Notes under the pieces: model-generated
The model's database searches: none
Told to the model about the DNA's origin: nothing
The model's input: the letters and a program-made list of their open reading frames with translations, nothing else
Translations under genes and position numbers: made by a program
Shown: one piece after another, positions 24,074 to 37,098 of the stretch
How positions within the stretch are numbered: the first letter of the stretch is position 1
How the letters are laid out: each line of letters opens with the position of its first letter
Source of the DNA: Podospora anserina
Taxonomy: Eukaryota
Assembly: GCA_017654855.1 (NCBI GenBank)
Contig: CM030337.1
Span: 3,038,001-3,102,000, forward strand
DNA length: 64,000 nucleotides
Reading direction: 5' to 3'

Positions 24074-25457
24074 TGGTTGAAGAAGCATGTGCGAACTGTA
24101 GTGTTTTATTTTCTGGGAGACGCAGCTTCGGATTCCCTTTCGCCACTTTTTAGAAGGCCCAAACAGACTCAGGAAAACCGGCAGGTTTGAATCAGGGATA
24201 AGCAGTCCACTCGATGTCTGTTATTTTACTGGGCGATACACTTTCTAAACCAAGGATTTGGAGTGGTTACGTCTATCCGTATACATTTCATCGAACTGAA
24301 ACCCAGTCCCAATGATATTCAAGGTCCCAGTATCAAGGGACCCACCCTCTGGGCCTCCCTCACACTTGATAGCCTCTCTACCATTCGAACTCAAAGAGCA
24401 CAACAGCCTGTTGTCTCGCACTATAAAATGGGGCCAGGTTTTACATAGGGCATTTGGCCATTCTAGTCCTCCGGCTTTGCTTACCACTACTCGAGTTTCC
24501 TTCTAATGCTGGCTTGTGGGTAAAATAGACATCCAAATCACTATTGTTTACGTTGCCAGTGCCATGATTGAGCTGATGATTGAGCTGGCAAAGTTTAGAG
24601 CGTTCTACAACCAATGGCTCTTGGTCGGCTGGTCGCCTTGCCATTGGTAACAAAGCTGTCAGGTGGTGGGATGACATCTTGCCCATCTTAAGCCTGAGGA
24701 AGGAACTGTCTGTGCTTAATCAGCGGTAGACTGCTACACTTGCGGAAGGAGCAACTACCCCTCATCAATAACAGTTCTGCAGTACCTTCCATCAACAGCA
24801 CAACCGTGTTTGACCAAGTGGTCTGGTTCTGTCATCAAGTGCCACCGCTAGGCTACGGACACCATGGGTTCAATCCCCATGGTGGGCGCTCTCTATCGCA
24901 ACTGTCGATTTCCAGGCTGCTTGATTCCTATGTTCGCTTCCGCTTTAGACCGCGCTGAGGGTTGTGGGTCTGGGGGATGGCCAACACAGTACTTCCATTT
25001 TGTGTTTATCTCTTTTGTAAAACAATCACTTCTTTTTGATCTAACATGTCATGAAAATTGATTGAACCTCAGACGAGTCTCTGTCCCCAGTACTATGTCT
25101 TAAGATATAATATAGTAGAATTGATATGAGCCGCGGTGTCGCCCCTTCCCTTTAAACCAAGTTGCAGGCAGACGCTAACTTGCGAAGCTGTGACTGTTTG
25201 TTTTGGTTTTTCTGCCCCCCTTATTCGCCTGCACATGACTTGCACTGCCGATAAAAAATTCTCTTGCTCGCGATTTTCAAATTCAAAAAGTCTCCTTCGC
25301 AAGCCAACTCCCGACCTCGACCACACGGTCACCACCGCCCTCGCTCACGCCTGCAATCGTTTATGAACGAATTTTGAGAGGTATGCTCGGATGAAGAATG
25401 TAACTTATTCAAATTTGAATTTAAAATTGACAGAAAGAACTTAGTAAGATCGACAAG

Positions 25458-26299
25458 ATGGCTCCCCAACTCCGTCGTTTGCTTCCCAACAAGGGATTAT
25501 CCTGGTCTCAGGGCGACGTAGTCTTGGGAAAGACCAGACGCGACAGGTCCGTGGTCGACACACTGGCCCGGGTCATGCCTCTCGACAAGCAGAATGTTAG
25601 GGGTTTTTTGTTGAAGATGGTGGAGTTCGCTTTGGGGATGGGGAGGTGATTGGTTGAGCAGCACGAGGAATCCTGCGCTCCTCCGGAGACGGTGGTGGAG
25701 ATTGACCCGTTTTGGGTGTTTCAAGAAATGCACATGCATTTCACCCATGAGATGGGCTGGGAGAACGAGATGGACTACGCCTTGTTCATTTCGTTGTTTC
25801 AGGAGTTGATGTATGCCCGGGAGAGGTATCGGAACTGGTGGGACAGCACTCCGGTAAGTTACAATCTGTTTTGCAAAAAAATCAAAAGAAAAATAAGAAA
25901 AAGAGAGTTTTGTGCATGGATGATGAATCAAGTTGTTAAGATTTTGTGCAGAGAACCAGCACCATGCAGGGTAACGGGTTGACCGACGGCTTGGACAAGC
26001 TGTATTTCGAGGTGCCGTTCTTCGCCCGGAATGAGCTGGAGGTGAATTTGTGGGTGTCGGCGAGGCTGCGCCAGGACGAGCGTAAGGAGGGGGAGGCCGC
26101 GGCGTTCGACAGCGTTGCTGATGGCCTCCAAGCATTGGGGGTCAATCCCGCTGCTCCTCCACGCGTGGACTTTGAGGACGTGCGCCAAGCACTGAAGGAT
26201 ATGGATTTCGATGAGACCATGGAAGATGCGGAGGTTGAGGGTGAGGGGAAGGGTGATGGGATGGAGATGGAGATGGATAGGATGGATATGGAGGAGTAA
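25458..26299 (+). pseudogene. Orphan family member B with one in-frame TGA (25647-25649)
   Basis: ORFs 25458 and 25650 are contiguous in frame; phase-0 intron 25854-25951; motifs shared with member A. Confidence 0.75.
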
Positions 26300-26703
26300 G
26301 GCTGCGGTCGGGCTGAAGGAAAACAGTAGACCGGGGGAACCTGAACCACCTACAAAACGGCTGAAGGACAACAGTGTAAACCCGTGGGCTGGCAACCCAT
26401 GTCGGGCGGCGAAGACAGACTCTGTACCTCCACGTGGTGCCGCCTGAGAACCTGGGTCTTTGCGTTGGAGTTTTCCTCCTGACATCTTAGACCCAGAGCC
26501 AGCACAGAGACGCGAGCTTTCATCAGACAACTTGCCTAGCTGAAGCCTTGTGGCTTTAGTGGGCAAACATTAAGTTGTCCTTTCATGCTACTGTATTTTC
26601 CACCCTCTTTCCCCGTTTTGTGTGGTCACTAACCTTTGTCACCTGCCAGCTCTCATCTTCAAACAACTCGATTCCAAGATTTGTCCACCGATCCCCTCCA
26701 TCA

Positions 26704-27030
26704 ATGTCGCGTCCATTGCCTCCTCCCCATACCACGACACTCGATCCGCTACCCCGGCCTAGTTGCCACTCCGTCGCTCCGATGATGCCAAGATACTCCG
26801 TCTACCACCTTCGTCATTTCTGCCGAGGGTGTCAGGAATACGACGCATCGCGGTGTCCACCGCGCCCAAGATACATAACACGGCATGGATGCAAAGAGGG
26901 TGACGGGGTGTGGTTTACGGTGGGCACATGTACATTCGGCTGCGCTCCTTGCGGAAGAGCTGAATGTGGGTTCCCATTTCCAGTGCTGTCTATTCAGCAT
27001 CCCTGCAGCGGGGGTGACCTCTTAAGATGA
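26704..27030 (+). CDS. Small Cys-rich hypothetical protein
   Basis: ATG after a pyrimidine-rich leader; CxxC pairs (CRGC, CAPC); no signal peptide. Confidence 0.4.
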   Translation: MSRPLPPPHTTTLDPLPRPSCHSVAPMMPRYSVYHLRHFCRGCQEYDASRCPPRPRYITRHGCKEGDGVWFTVGTCTFGCAPCGRAECGFPFPVLSIQHPCSGGDLLR

Positions 27031-27699
27031 TAGGATCTGATGAGAGATTGGCTTTAGCTAGCCATGATGATAAAGTTGTTTAGCATTTGTGGTTACCTTC
27101 TATTGTTATTATATGTGTTTATTGTTTTTTATTACATGGTGATGCCTATGGCCACGTGGAGGCTCTGTGTCGTGTCACCGGGGTGTTACGACATCTCAAA
27201 GGACAGAAATCCGTGCTGCACAGGATTGCTGGAGGTTTGTAATAGACCGGCGTTGAGAGGACTATTGCCAGGCTGATTGTTGACATGCACGGGCCATCTC
27301 TTTTGACAGCAGGACGGTTGGGATGGCGAAATCGAAGAACCGCACAACAGAGGACTGGGAACAAGACAGGCTGGTTATATATTATTGTCACCTATCGTCA
27401 TATTTAGCTTTGCTGGCTTCAAGGAGTACATGGGGTTCTCTCCATAGTACGCTACCTTGGGTATTGCCCCTCCGTTAACTAGCCGAAAGATACAGCCAAG
27501 TCTTTGAGCTCAGATACCTCACTCAATGCCACCCACAATGATTTAGCGATTTGGTCTCTTTGTCACTTTCGTAATCTTCTGGGATATCTCTTTTTAAACG
27601 ATCCCTAGCAAAGAAGGTTATGTCTGGTTGTGGGTAATGTAGGTAATTGGGTGGTTTTAAAATCAGTGCAGTGCCGCAGGAGTAAATTATCAAAGGAGA

Positions 27700-29370
27700 G
27701 AATGGCTTCGTCGAAGCCGTATGGGGGGTTGAGTTCCAGGTTTCCTCTTCTCCAATTGCAGTAGTCCAATTGAGTAAGGATCAGAACTCCTTATCAAAGC
27801 ATTGATTGTATGATGTCTGAATTCTTGTAGGAAGCTTGGATGGAATTGGAGGAGCTTGGACCACCAGCAACTTGCTCCAGGTGTGTCTCTCAACTCCCAC
27901 CTCTTTTCGACTTTCTTACTCGTCTGTGAGAGTCGCTCTTTTTCCTTCGGCACCGTCATTTGCGCTGTCTGTCTGCTCCTGTATGTACACCACTGTCTCT
28001 CTGGCCTTTGCCTCGTCAGAACAATCATGCTACTATTCTCAACCACTTTGGGCGGTTTATATCTAAATGCTTTGCTGTTGGAGTCGCTCGCTTGCAAGTG
28101 GCAAGCTGCTTGCGATGGCTCGGCCTTGGCCTCGCACGCCCTCGTGGAATTGGACGTAAAAACAATGCGAACAAACTTTGCAGACACTTCCAAAGATACT
28201 CTCCGCCGCGCTGGTCGGTCTCGTCTCTGTATGTACAGTCGCAACTTTGCTTGAGCTCCAGCCAGGCTTGACGCTCTTGACAACTAACTGTATCCTCAGA
28301 TTTCCTCAAACGACGCCCTTGGGACTCTTCCGCCGTTCGGTACGCTCTCCATCAACTTCTCGACAGTTCAAAGCTTCCAAGTCTTTGAACTTCCCGGTTC
28401 CAAACAGATGTGAAACGAATGTCCAGGTTACCAGCACACTCCATTTACACCGGGGCTTCGCAGGTGCTAGGCAGATTTATCTGACAGTTCATTTGTGACA
28501 TGCACATTAACATCAGATTTGCTGTTTCTTCTTTTCCCTCTGTGAGCAGCATCTCCTTCAGGCGTTTTGTGGTATCAACCGCACTTTGACACTTTGGTCA
28601 AAATTGGTGCAGCAGCTAACATTGTTGTCGAACTAGTCAACAGCCTGACTCTCTACCTTTTCTTCCCCTGGGACCGCTTGGTGAGTATAAACCCGGCTCC
28701 CTTGACTTGTGTGGCCTGGATCCAATACTTTCCTCTCATGAAACGAAAGCTAATAGATTGGAGACAACAGAGTTCTTTACCTTCCTCCTTGCCGTAAGCC
28801 GATCGTTATCCCCACAATTACAAGCCTTCAATCGGCTCGTCGCTTTGCTTCATCTCTCATTCCCAATCGCGAAAACGACGTACCGTTAACTAGAGACGTA
28901 AGGGGGCTGATCCTCTTGGTAATTGGCAGTTCTCTCAAGAAACCCACTTTGTGGTTGCCTGTATCGCTGTTTCTGTAAGAATCTTCCTATTGGGCTACAG
29001 TCGTCTGAGCCTGAGGCTGGGTGCTAACTCCAGTTGATAACAGAAGGCCGACTGCCAGCCCTTCCCGTTTCTTTGGTCCTTTCCCGTATGCTTCGCGCCT
29101 CGTCTCGTGTTTCGTTTGAGGAGCCGTTGACCGCTGACAGTCCTGCCCAGAAAACAGCACAGGCTCTCCGTTCTCTCCGGCGTCCTTTGATATGTTGGCC
29201 CGATTCTCGTGTTCTTCGATATCCCTGTTGTGGATAGCCGTTGTTGATCTTTCTGAGAACCTAGAAACTGACAGCTTAGTTTTAGACAGAAAACAGTTAC
29301 CATCCCGGCTTCTTTCCGTTTCGTATGTGCTCTTGTTCAAGCCCACATCAGTCTTGAACATCAAGACTCA
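27700..29370 (-). pseudogene. Possible degraded gene, product unidentified
   Basis: Overlapping protein-like ORF fragments in shifting frames on the minus strand; no recognisable motif. Confidence 0.25.
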
Positions 29371-30059
29371 TTAAAGGTGATATCTAGATTATCACAGCGG
29401 TCAAGCTCGTCTCTCCTCCTCTTTCTGAGTAGCTACCGGGCTCTCTTTGCGTGGGAAGACTTACCCTAACATCGTGGCTGGGACAGAAATAACCAACATC
29501 AGCGACCAAACCCGTTGTTGTTATTTGCTTTCGGTTGACTTTGTCCCGGTATGTTCATGCCCTTTGTTGTCCCAGGAGTCAATGACGAGGGTAGGGGCAT
29601 CATGTTCCCCAACTGGGCTCAAGAATGCCTGTCTCCTGATGTGTTTGGGGGAAGTAAAGCGAGGAAACTTCAGGGGCACTCCATTCAAAGATCGAAATGC
29701 TGATAATACCTGTAACACAGATATTTAACCCAGTGTCTTTGTAAGTCATGCGCACGTCAGAAGACAGGGACAAAAACTAACATGTTGGTGCTTAGCTTTT
29801 TTTTTTATAAAAAATAGAAGTCAAATGCCCGCCCGTGAGCATTTTTTGTTGTTGGCCCAGATGCTCCCTCGCGAGAGCATGGCTTAGGATGTTGGTGGTT
29901 GTGAGTCGGAAGCTTGGTAAGTTGCATCCCGTTCAATCATTTGCAAAGTGATTTTGCGTTCTTTTATTTCTTTTTGGTGATGCTATGTGGTGTTGATATC
30001 GATCAAGGCTTGTTGTATGATGCTGAAAGACTGACATGACACTCTGATATCCCTAGCCC

Positions 30060-30330
30060 ACAAGCTTTTCTGCCGCTTGTTTCTGTCCCTGGTTGAGGGC
30101 AGAGACCGGTTCCTGGAGAGAACCCAGGCTCGACTGTAAGTATATCTGAAGCATGGTTGAACATAGCATGCATGGTGGCTTCGAGCTGGGTTTATGCTAA
30201 CCTTTGATGATATGGAGATGGGGGTATGGGGAGTATGCAGGTGGAGGATGCGGAGTTGGAGGACGTCCGTGCCGGCATTGAAGCCGTGGACATCGATGGT
30301 AAGATGGGGTTTTGTGGGAGTTCTGGTCTG
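30060..30330 (+). pseudogene. Orphan family member C (relic)
   Basis: KLFCRLFLSLVEGRDRFLE followed by a GTAAGT donor (~30136), then VEDAELEDVRAGIEAVDI. Confidence 0.7.
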
Positions 30331-30992
30331 CGTGCCCTTTCATGGACTAATATGAATAACCCACTCTTTCTTTGGGGTTGTTGAGGCTGATTCCCACTGC
30401 GGATTTTGTGCTCGGATTTATTGTAAATTTGTGCAGTCAATTACCACCTACCTAAGTCTTGCATGCACTTGGGTGATATTTCAATGCAGGGAAATCTTGA
30501 ACAAATCAAGGATTTTATCTAGGAGCTACCTCTTTGCAGTGCGGATTTGGATCATCAAAGATTTGCAAGGTATCAGGTAGACTGACCTCTCCACAACATC
30601 TTCGCCCTTTTTCTTTCCCAATTGCCCACAGCAAACAATTTGATCAACATATTTTCGACGACCTTGGGCAGGAAGCCCCAGTTCTTAGATCCAATCAACC
30701 CTGCTACCTATACCAAAGTTGTATTGTATCACCTTAACCTTGACAGGGTTGGAATTCTTCGAGTTTCAGCTCCAATCGGGACTCTGGACTTCTGTATCAG
30801 CAAAGCAAGCAACGCACATTTATTATGTTGACACCCAATATGTAAAGATTCCCAGGTGAAATAGAGCGTCTTCCTCGTCGCCACTCCCCTTTGACTGAAT
30901 TATGGTGAAAAGTAGTGCAGCACTCTACTACCAATATCAACTGCCCCAGCGGCGAATATTAGAATCAGTGGGAACGGACATTACGATAAGGT

Positions 30993-31704
30993 ATGGCGAC
31001 ATCGGACGCAACCACCAGTGTCATTTCCACTACCGAAGAACTCCAGGCCTTTATCTCTTCTATTCCCCCCTCCAGCGAGCTGTACCTCGATCTCGAAGGC
31101 AAAAGCCTGTCCCGCCATGGAACCATCTCCATCATTACGATATTACTTCATCCGGAGGGATTAATTGGACTTGTCGACGTTCAACTCGTGGAAAACGCGT
31201 CTCGGACCGGTGACAAGACATATCTCAATGGCTTGGAAAAGGCTATTCGACTCGATCTCAAATTGGAGTTTGCCGATCTCAACCGTTGGACCAGATCAAC
31301 AAGGAGATAACAGGCCTGATGTCTTCTAGCATTTTTGCAGTTTGACCACTGGAGGCCAAAACAGTTCAGTACTGCATCAATAGCGTTATATCCACCTCCC
31401 CTCCTTATACGATACGTACCTCATAAAGATCAGCCTTCAGTGGTTAGCAAAGGTGAAGGAGGAGAGCTCTCGGGGGGTCGATGAGGCTCATGGTCTTGGG
31501 TATGACCCTTAATCGCCTATGAAGGCACGGAGGCCACGGGGATCAGGGATAGACCAGGCCCATTTGACTTTGGATGAGCAGTTTGACAGAGAGATGTTCG
31601 GATCTGACGACGAGGATTACCCCGATTACGCTGAAGATGACGAGCGCACAAGCTGCAGGGATACCCTTGATGATATAGATTACTATTTGTATTACTCTAA
31701 CTGA
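30993..31704 (+). pseudogene. DEDDy 3'-5' exonuclease pseudogene
   Basis: ExoI motif LYLDLEG.SLSRHGTIS; QLVENASR, GLEKAI; downstream F.V*PL..KTVQYC with stops and frameshifts; ExoII region absent. Confidence 0.8.
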
Positions 31705-32736
31705 TTTGACAAGAGGTCTCAGGTTTCGTTTGCGGAGGATGGCCGGAGTGGCCGTTGGAATCAAATATGAGGTGTCCAGTAGCTCTAATCTAGCGTTTTT
31801 GTTCGGTGTTTCTTCGTCTCTCGCCCTGGTTCTGCAACCTGAGCTTCCACACCCAATGCTGTCACCGGCATGACAGGTGACAAACCAGCCAGATAGCTGG
31901 AGCGACTCCCGTTCTTGCTCCTTCCTGTGCCTTATAATGACCAAACAGGACACAGCTTCCATCAAGAACCAACACTGTGTTTGCCAAGTGGTTTGGGTGC
32001 TCCCTTCGAGCCCCACCACTTGTCAAAGGCGTTCTGGGGTTCGATTCCCGGAGTGTGATTCTTGTCCATGGCAAAATAGCTACATAAATGAGCGGGGCCA
32101 ATTCTCTGGCTGCCGACGGCGGCGCCCATGTGTATGGGAGTGTTACATAGCCTTGCGAGACTGGGGGATCTTGCTGGACTGGGGGCAGTTCAACAACGTA
32201 ATTTCTTTTTTTGCCTCTCGATATTTTGCTCTCTTCTTTACTCTGCCGCCTCGAGAGTTCCTCCACCAGCACCTCTCCGTATCACCCCAGCGCTTCTCGT
32301 CAAACAATCATTTGCACTGTAAACATGCTAATGACTGCACCCGCCTGCCAAACGCAGCGGCAAGCAACTAGCCTTTCCACGTTTGCAACATATCCTACCC
32401 GATCGAGCTTTAGAAGCCTTCGGCACCGTCGCCATCACAATCATGGTGGTGACGCCCCAGATCGCCAACTCCACAAACAAGGCTGAGTGAGATCTCCACC
32501 CCCGCGAAACCCACCCACTGCCCCAATGACCCGCCGCGCTTGTGCGCCTCCACTAACTGCTTGTTTTGACTTCACTCAAGTTCTTACATTCCCATCAGCA
32601 CGACAGCTCATCGCTAATGATTCCAACGTTACAGGCAGCCACCGCCAGAATAAAAGCTGTCTGCCATCATTGGTATTGCAATTGATCGCATTATATACAC
32701 CCATCTCATCGCCTTCTACGTCATAACAGGACTCCG

Positions 32737-34650
32737 CTACTCCCCATCGACCGACTGCACCCATTCCGACATGAGATCCTCATAATCCTCCGGCCCATAC
32801 GGCTCTGTTGCCTCTTTTAACCACCCCGCCTTCCGATGAACTTTCAAACCCATATCCCCCACCATCAAATCCAAGTACGGCACCGCGTCAAACACAAAGT
32901 CCGGCAGCAGCGCGCCCTTCCCGGCCGGATACCTCCATTTGCCAAACCGAGCATGCAGTACCGTCTCGTGCTGAACCTCTTCCAGCGTCTTGGCCCTCCC
33001 TTCCCGATCCCTCTTCCCATCAACCGGCGGAATCGTCCTCACAGGCAGCTGGTCAGCAAAATACGCCGAGATCCACAACCCCTGGATATGCGCCATGATC
33101 ATGGTGCTGAAGTTCATGCAGATACCCGCAAAGGCAATGTCTCTTGTCTGCATGAACCTTGCTGAGGGTGGCACCATAAACCGGTACAGCGTCCATGGGG
33201 TCAGAGGAGTCGAAGGGTTGATCTTGTCTGTCGTTGACAGACCCTTTGTTCCAAGGAGTGGCTTCAGGTTAGGGTTTTGAACTGGCTGATCCTTCAATCG
33301 CGGAAATTTACCGAGAATTTCCTTGTCAGCCCTTTCGACGGCTTCCTTGGTGAACAGCTTTGCCTTGCTTGGTGTATGAGGCAGCCCAATGTCTAGGTCG
33401 ATTCCCTCGGGGAGAAACTTGACCGGTGGTACGTGCTTCCAGCCAGTCACACAGCACAGGGCATCAGCCGGAAGGTCTGTACCGTTGGATAGGTGGACCG
33501 TTTTGTGGGACAGGCCGGTGATGTCTGCAATGTGAACTTTGACGGTGCCTTTGGTCAAAAGGTCCCAGAAGCTGGTGGGGTAATTGTAAATGGAAAAGGA
33601 CGAAGCGGTGAACATGGGGTGGCTCCAGGGCTTGATCTTCTTGAGCTCGGGGTGGGAGTCGTATTTGTTGAGCGTGATGACGTCGTTGCCGAGGACGGAC
33701 CAGAAGACGTTCGTGATGGCGCGGCCGAGGGCGGTGCCGTGGTAAAAGTTGCGGAGCGTGTTGTACCCGTCGGCGAAGCCCCAGATGCAAGGGCTGAACC
33801 AGGTGAGCATGCGGGTGTCTGGGGGTTGCGACGTTAGTACGATGATGCACAAGAGGGGTGTGGTTGGTCGAAGACACATACTGACCAGCTTCTCTAGCCA
33901 CTTCTTCAATGGTGTCACGTAGGGTGGTGCCATCCACACAGCACCATGGCCGCTTTCTCGGATCACCCAGTCCACGTGGATACCCTTCTTACCGTACGCA
34001 TAGACTGCATCCCAAGCCGATTTACTCCCACCGAAAACCGTCACCTTATGAGTGGTTTCGAGGGTATCGACATGCTGAAGGAAATCAGCACCATGGAACA
34101 AAGGCGCGCTAAACTCCTCTTGTCCATCAATATGAGGCAAAAACGGCTCAGAAGTCAACCCGGTAGCGACAATGAGCTTCTTTGCAAAGATCCTGCTCGT
34201 CTCGTCGTCATGCTCTACTGTCAGGGTCCAACCACCGTCCAGTCCATTCTGGTGTTCAGCAGTCACAACCTTATGACGGAAGCGGATTTTATCCGCGATG
34301 CCAAACTTCTCAGCATAGGCTTTCAGGTACTCGTGCACGACAACGCCTGGGATGTGGTCTCCTGGCTTCACACCGAATTGCTCGGTGGTCATCGGAAAGT
34401 CAGGGAACTGATATGTCCCAAGCATGTTGTTTGTTCGGAGCTCGGGGTAGAGCCGGCTATTGGCCCAAACACCGCCGACGCTCTCTTTGTCGTCGAGTAG
34501 GGCGAGAGTCTTGCCATTGTTGAGCTGGTGGTAGGTCTTTGCAGCGGAGAGTCCGGCGATGCCTATGCAATGCAGTTAGTTCCGGGTTGCGACACGCAGG
34601 GCGGGTGGTGGCATACCTGCGCCGATGACCACGAGGTCGAGGGTTTCCAT
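32737..34650 (-). CDS. Flavin-containing monooxygenase (FMO-like)
   Basis: METLDLVVIGAG|IAGLSAAK across intron 1, GGVW, ATGLTS, FGGSKSAWD, VTGW; second intron ~33820-33880. Confidence 0.92.
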
Positions 34651-37098
34651 GGCGGAGGATTTGAGTTGCCCGTTGAGGTACTCGGTGAAGGACGGTGGGT
34701 GTTTGCTTCGAAGGCTGTTCCCTGAGCGCAGCAATGGTTGGAGGTATGACCTCTTTGACCCTCGGACAACTCGGGCCCTGAATGCAGGTACGTCCGCTCC
34801 AAGTCAAAAAGGAATGTTTCTTACTGTCTCAACGGAGGGTATGTGCAGTGCCGTGATCTGATTATGGCAATTGCAAGTTGAAGCCCTTCTTCATTGCTGA
34901 CCCCGCTCACTGAAGATTTCTTTTTTTTCAGGAACAAAATCACCGAGGGGCACGCTGCTGATGTGTGATCAAGGGAGCTGGTCCCGCGGTCTCGGCGCAT
35001 GCCCTTGAATTGGGACATATGTCCCCTGTTCTTTTATCAGGAGGGTTGCAGTCGGATCCCAGATGGGATGCCAGGCAAAGAACCAAACTGCATGTTCGGC
35101 CGTGCTTACAATGCATCCGATAGGCAGAGGCGAAACTCTCTTCCCTATTCACCTTGTCGATTTTCCATTCTGACCAACGAGAGGCATTAGAGAACGTGGG
35201 GAAGCTGACTGTGTCGCGCTGAGGGGCTTGATGCCAAGGCCAACATTCCATTGAGCTGTGAACCGCTTTGCGCCTGAACTTGGCTGCGATCGGCGGGGTG
35301 CAACCCCCCCTTTTTTGAGGTTGTTTCAGGGGTTCATCGTGGTTGATCCTTGGGCCTGGCCAGACTCTGAGTCTTGTAGTTTGTGGGGGATACCTTATCA
35401 TGGTGTGGGGATGCTATCAAGGTGCGTACAGTAAAGGTTGTCATGAGCTGCCAAAATGCATTGTCAGCTTGCTGCGGAGATTTCTTGAGGCTGGAACCAA
35501 TAGCCTTCTCGTCGCATTCGATACCGCATGTAGTGTCACAACCGGGAGGCTCTTGGGGGAGAGGGGGGTTGGGGGTCAGCAATGGAGAGTTGCCATATCA
35601 TTGCAGGTGAGCAAACACATCATAAAGTAATGCATGGTATCTTACTGTGCTACCGTTGAAACCGATATCGCCCCTTCAGGACTCTAGGGATTATCAAGGA
35701 CAGCAAAATTTTGGCATCAAGGCCACCGTGCCAGCATCAGACACATGGAGAATCCTGTCAGGGCAATGATGACGTGCATCACTGACTGCTTTCAGTCCAA
35801 CACCCACCATCCAGTAAATTCTTCCTTTCTTTTTACGTGGGGGGGCTAACGGCGGCGGGCGTTGTGTGGGGTTGTTTACGACATTCTACACAAAGAGTGA
35901 CGAGATTGGTGATGAAATCTGAAGAAAAGAAAAGGGAAAGATGCCGGTCAATGTCATAGCAGACAAAGAAAGACCTGAGCGGTCCGTCCGTCCACAAGCA
36001 CGTGGGTTTTAGATCTCTTCAATTGATCAAGTCAAAGAAATGCTCTTCCCTTCGGTGCTGCCGATGAAGAGTACTGTACCTCTCCGTCCCCACGTGGCCG
36101 TTCGGCTCAACCCGTTGTGTTGAAGATACCCCTCTCAACACTTCAGCAGTTGCTCCATGGAGATATTCTCGCTCGATTTTAATCCCCTCCCGGTGCAACA
36201 CCTCCGTCGGCCTACCTTCCCATCCCATCCCGGAGCCTCGTCGGAGATTTTCTTTTTCTTTAACGGCACACTGCAGCCACTGGTTCGCTCAGCTGAGCGG
36301 GTTTGCTGCTGTGAAACCGGATCACTTTACCACGTGCAGCCAGGACGAACATATTTAATGTTATAACCAAGGGAAACTTGCATGCGCCCGAAGAGAGAAG
36401 GGAATTGCTTTTTCTTTTCTTGGTGGTATTTCTACCCGTCAATGTGATCTGCGGTGACGAGTTTCACAAACGGTTGGCAGCAGGAGGGGAGTAGGGGATT
36501 GCCAGTGGTCAGCCAATGCAACGGGCCCCCTTTTTTGGATTGCCAGGGGGTTTGGGGTGGTCAGCAGTGGAATGATATGATCGGATTTCGGGGGGGGGGG
36601 GTGGGCTTGATGTAATTAGGTAGATATGCTGCTTGCCTGATGCTGTCCTACGGGGTGGATGCTGTATACACTTCGCTCCTCTGGCCGCCCGCGCTTTGTT
36701 TCTCCTGAGGCTTCTTGTGTTCCCATCGGAAGCATGGTGCGCAAGAACGGGGTGTTATCTACCTACATTGGTTTCCTTTAAAGAAGAAGACGCCTCGGGT
36801 ACCTTAATCTGCTTTTGCTTTTCCGAGCCGGGGGCGTCCTGCTGGAAGTTTCTTTATCGTTCTGGACTTTGTTGTATTTTTAACTTGTGGGCTTCTGTCT
36901 GGCGGGTGGTGTTGATGAGGTCATCTTTTCTTCATGAAGGTTAAAAAGACGGAATCTGCCGTTTTTTATCTCTCCTTCGAGGTCTTAGCGACCTTATTGG
37001 GAAATATTGCACGCCCCCTTTCCTTCCCACGTGGGCCAAGATCGATATATCGACCTTACCTACCGAGCGCTTTGACGGACAGTGGTGCCAGATTCACC

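Noticed and set aside
36590-36601. Poly-G run and other microsatellites (e.g. ~42978-43000, ~45268-45305)
   Set aside because: Ordinary simple repeats
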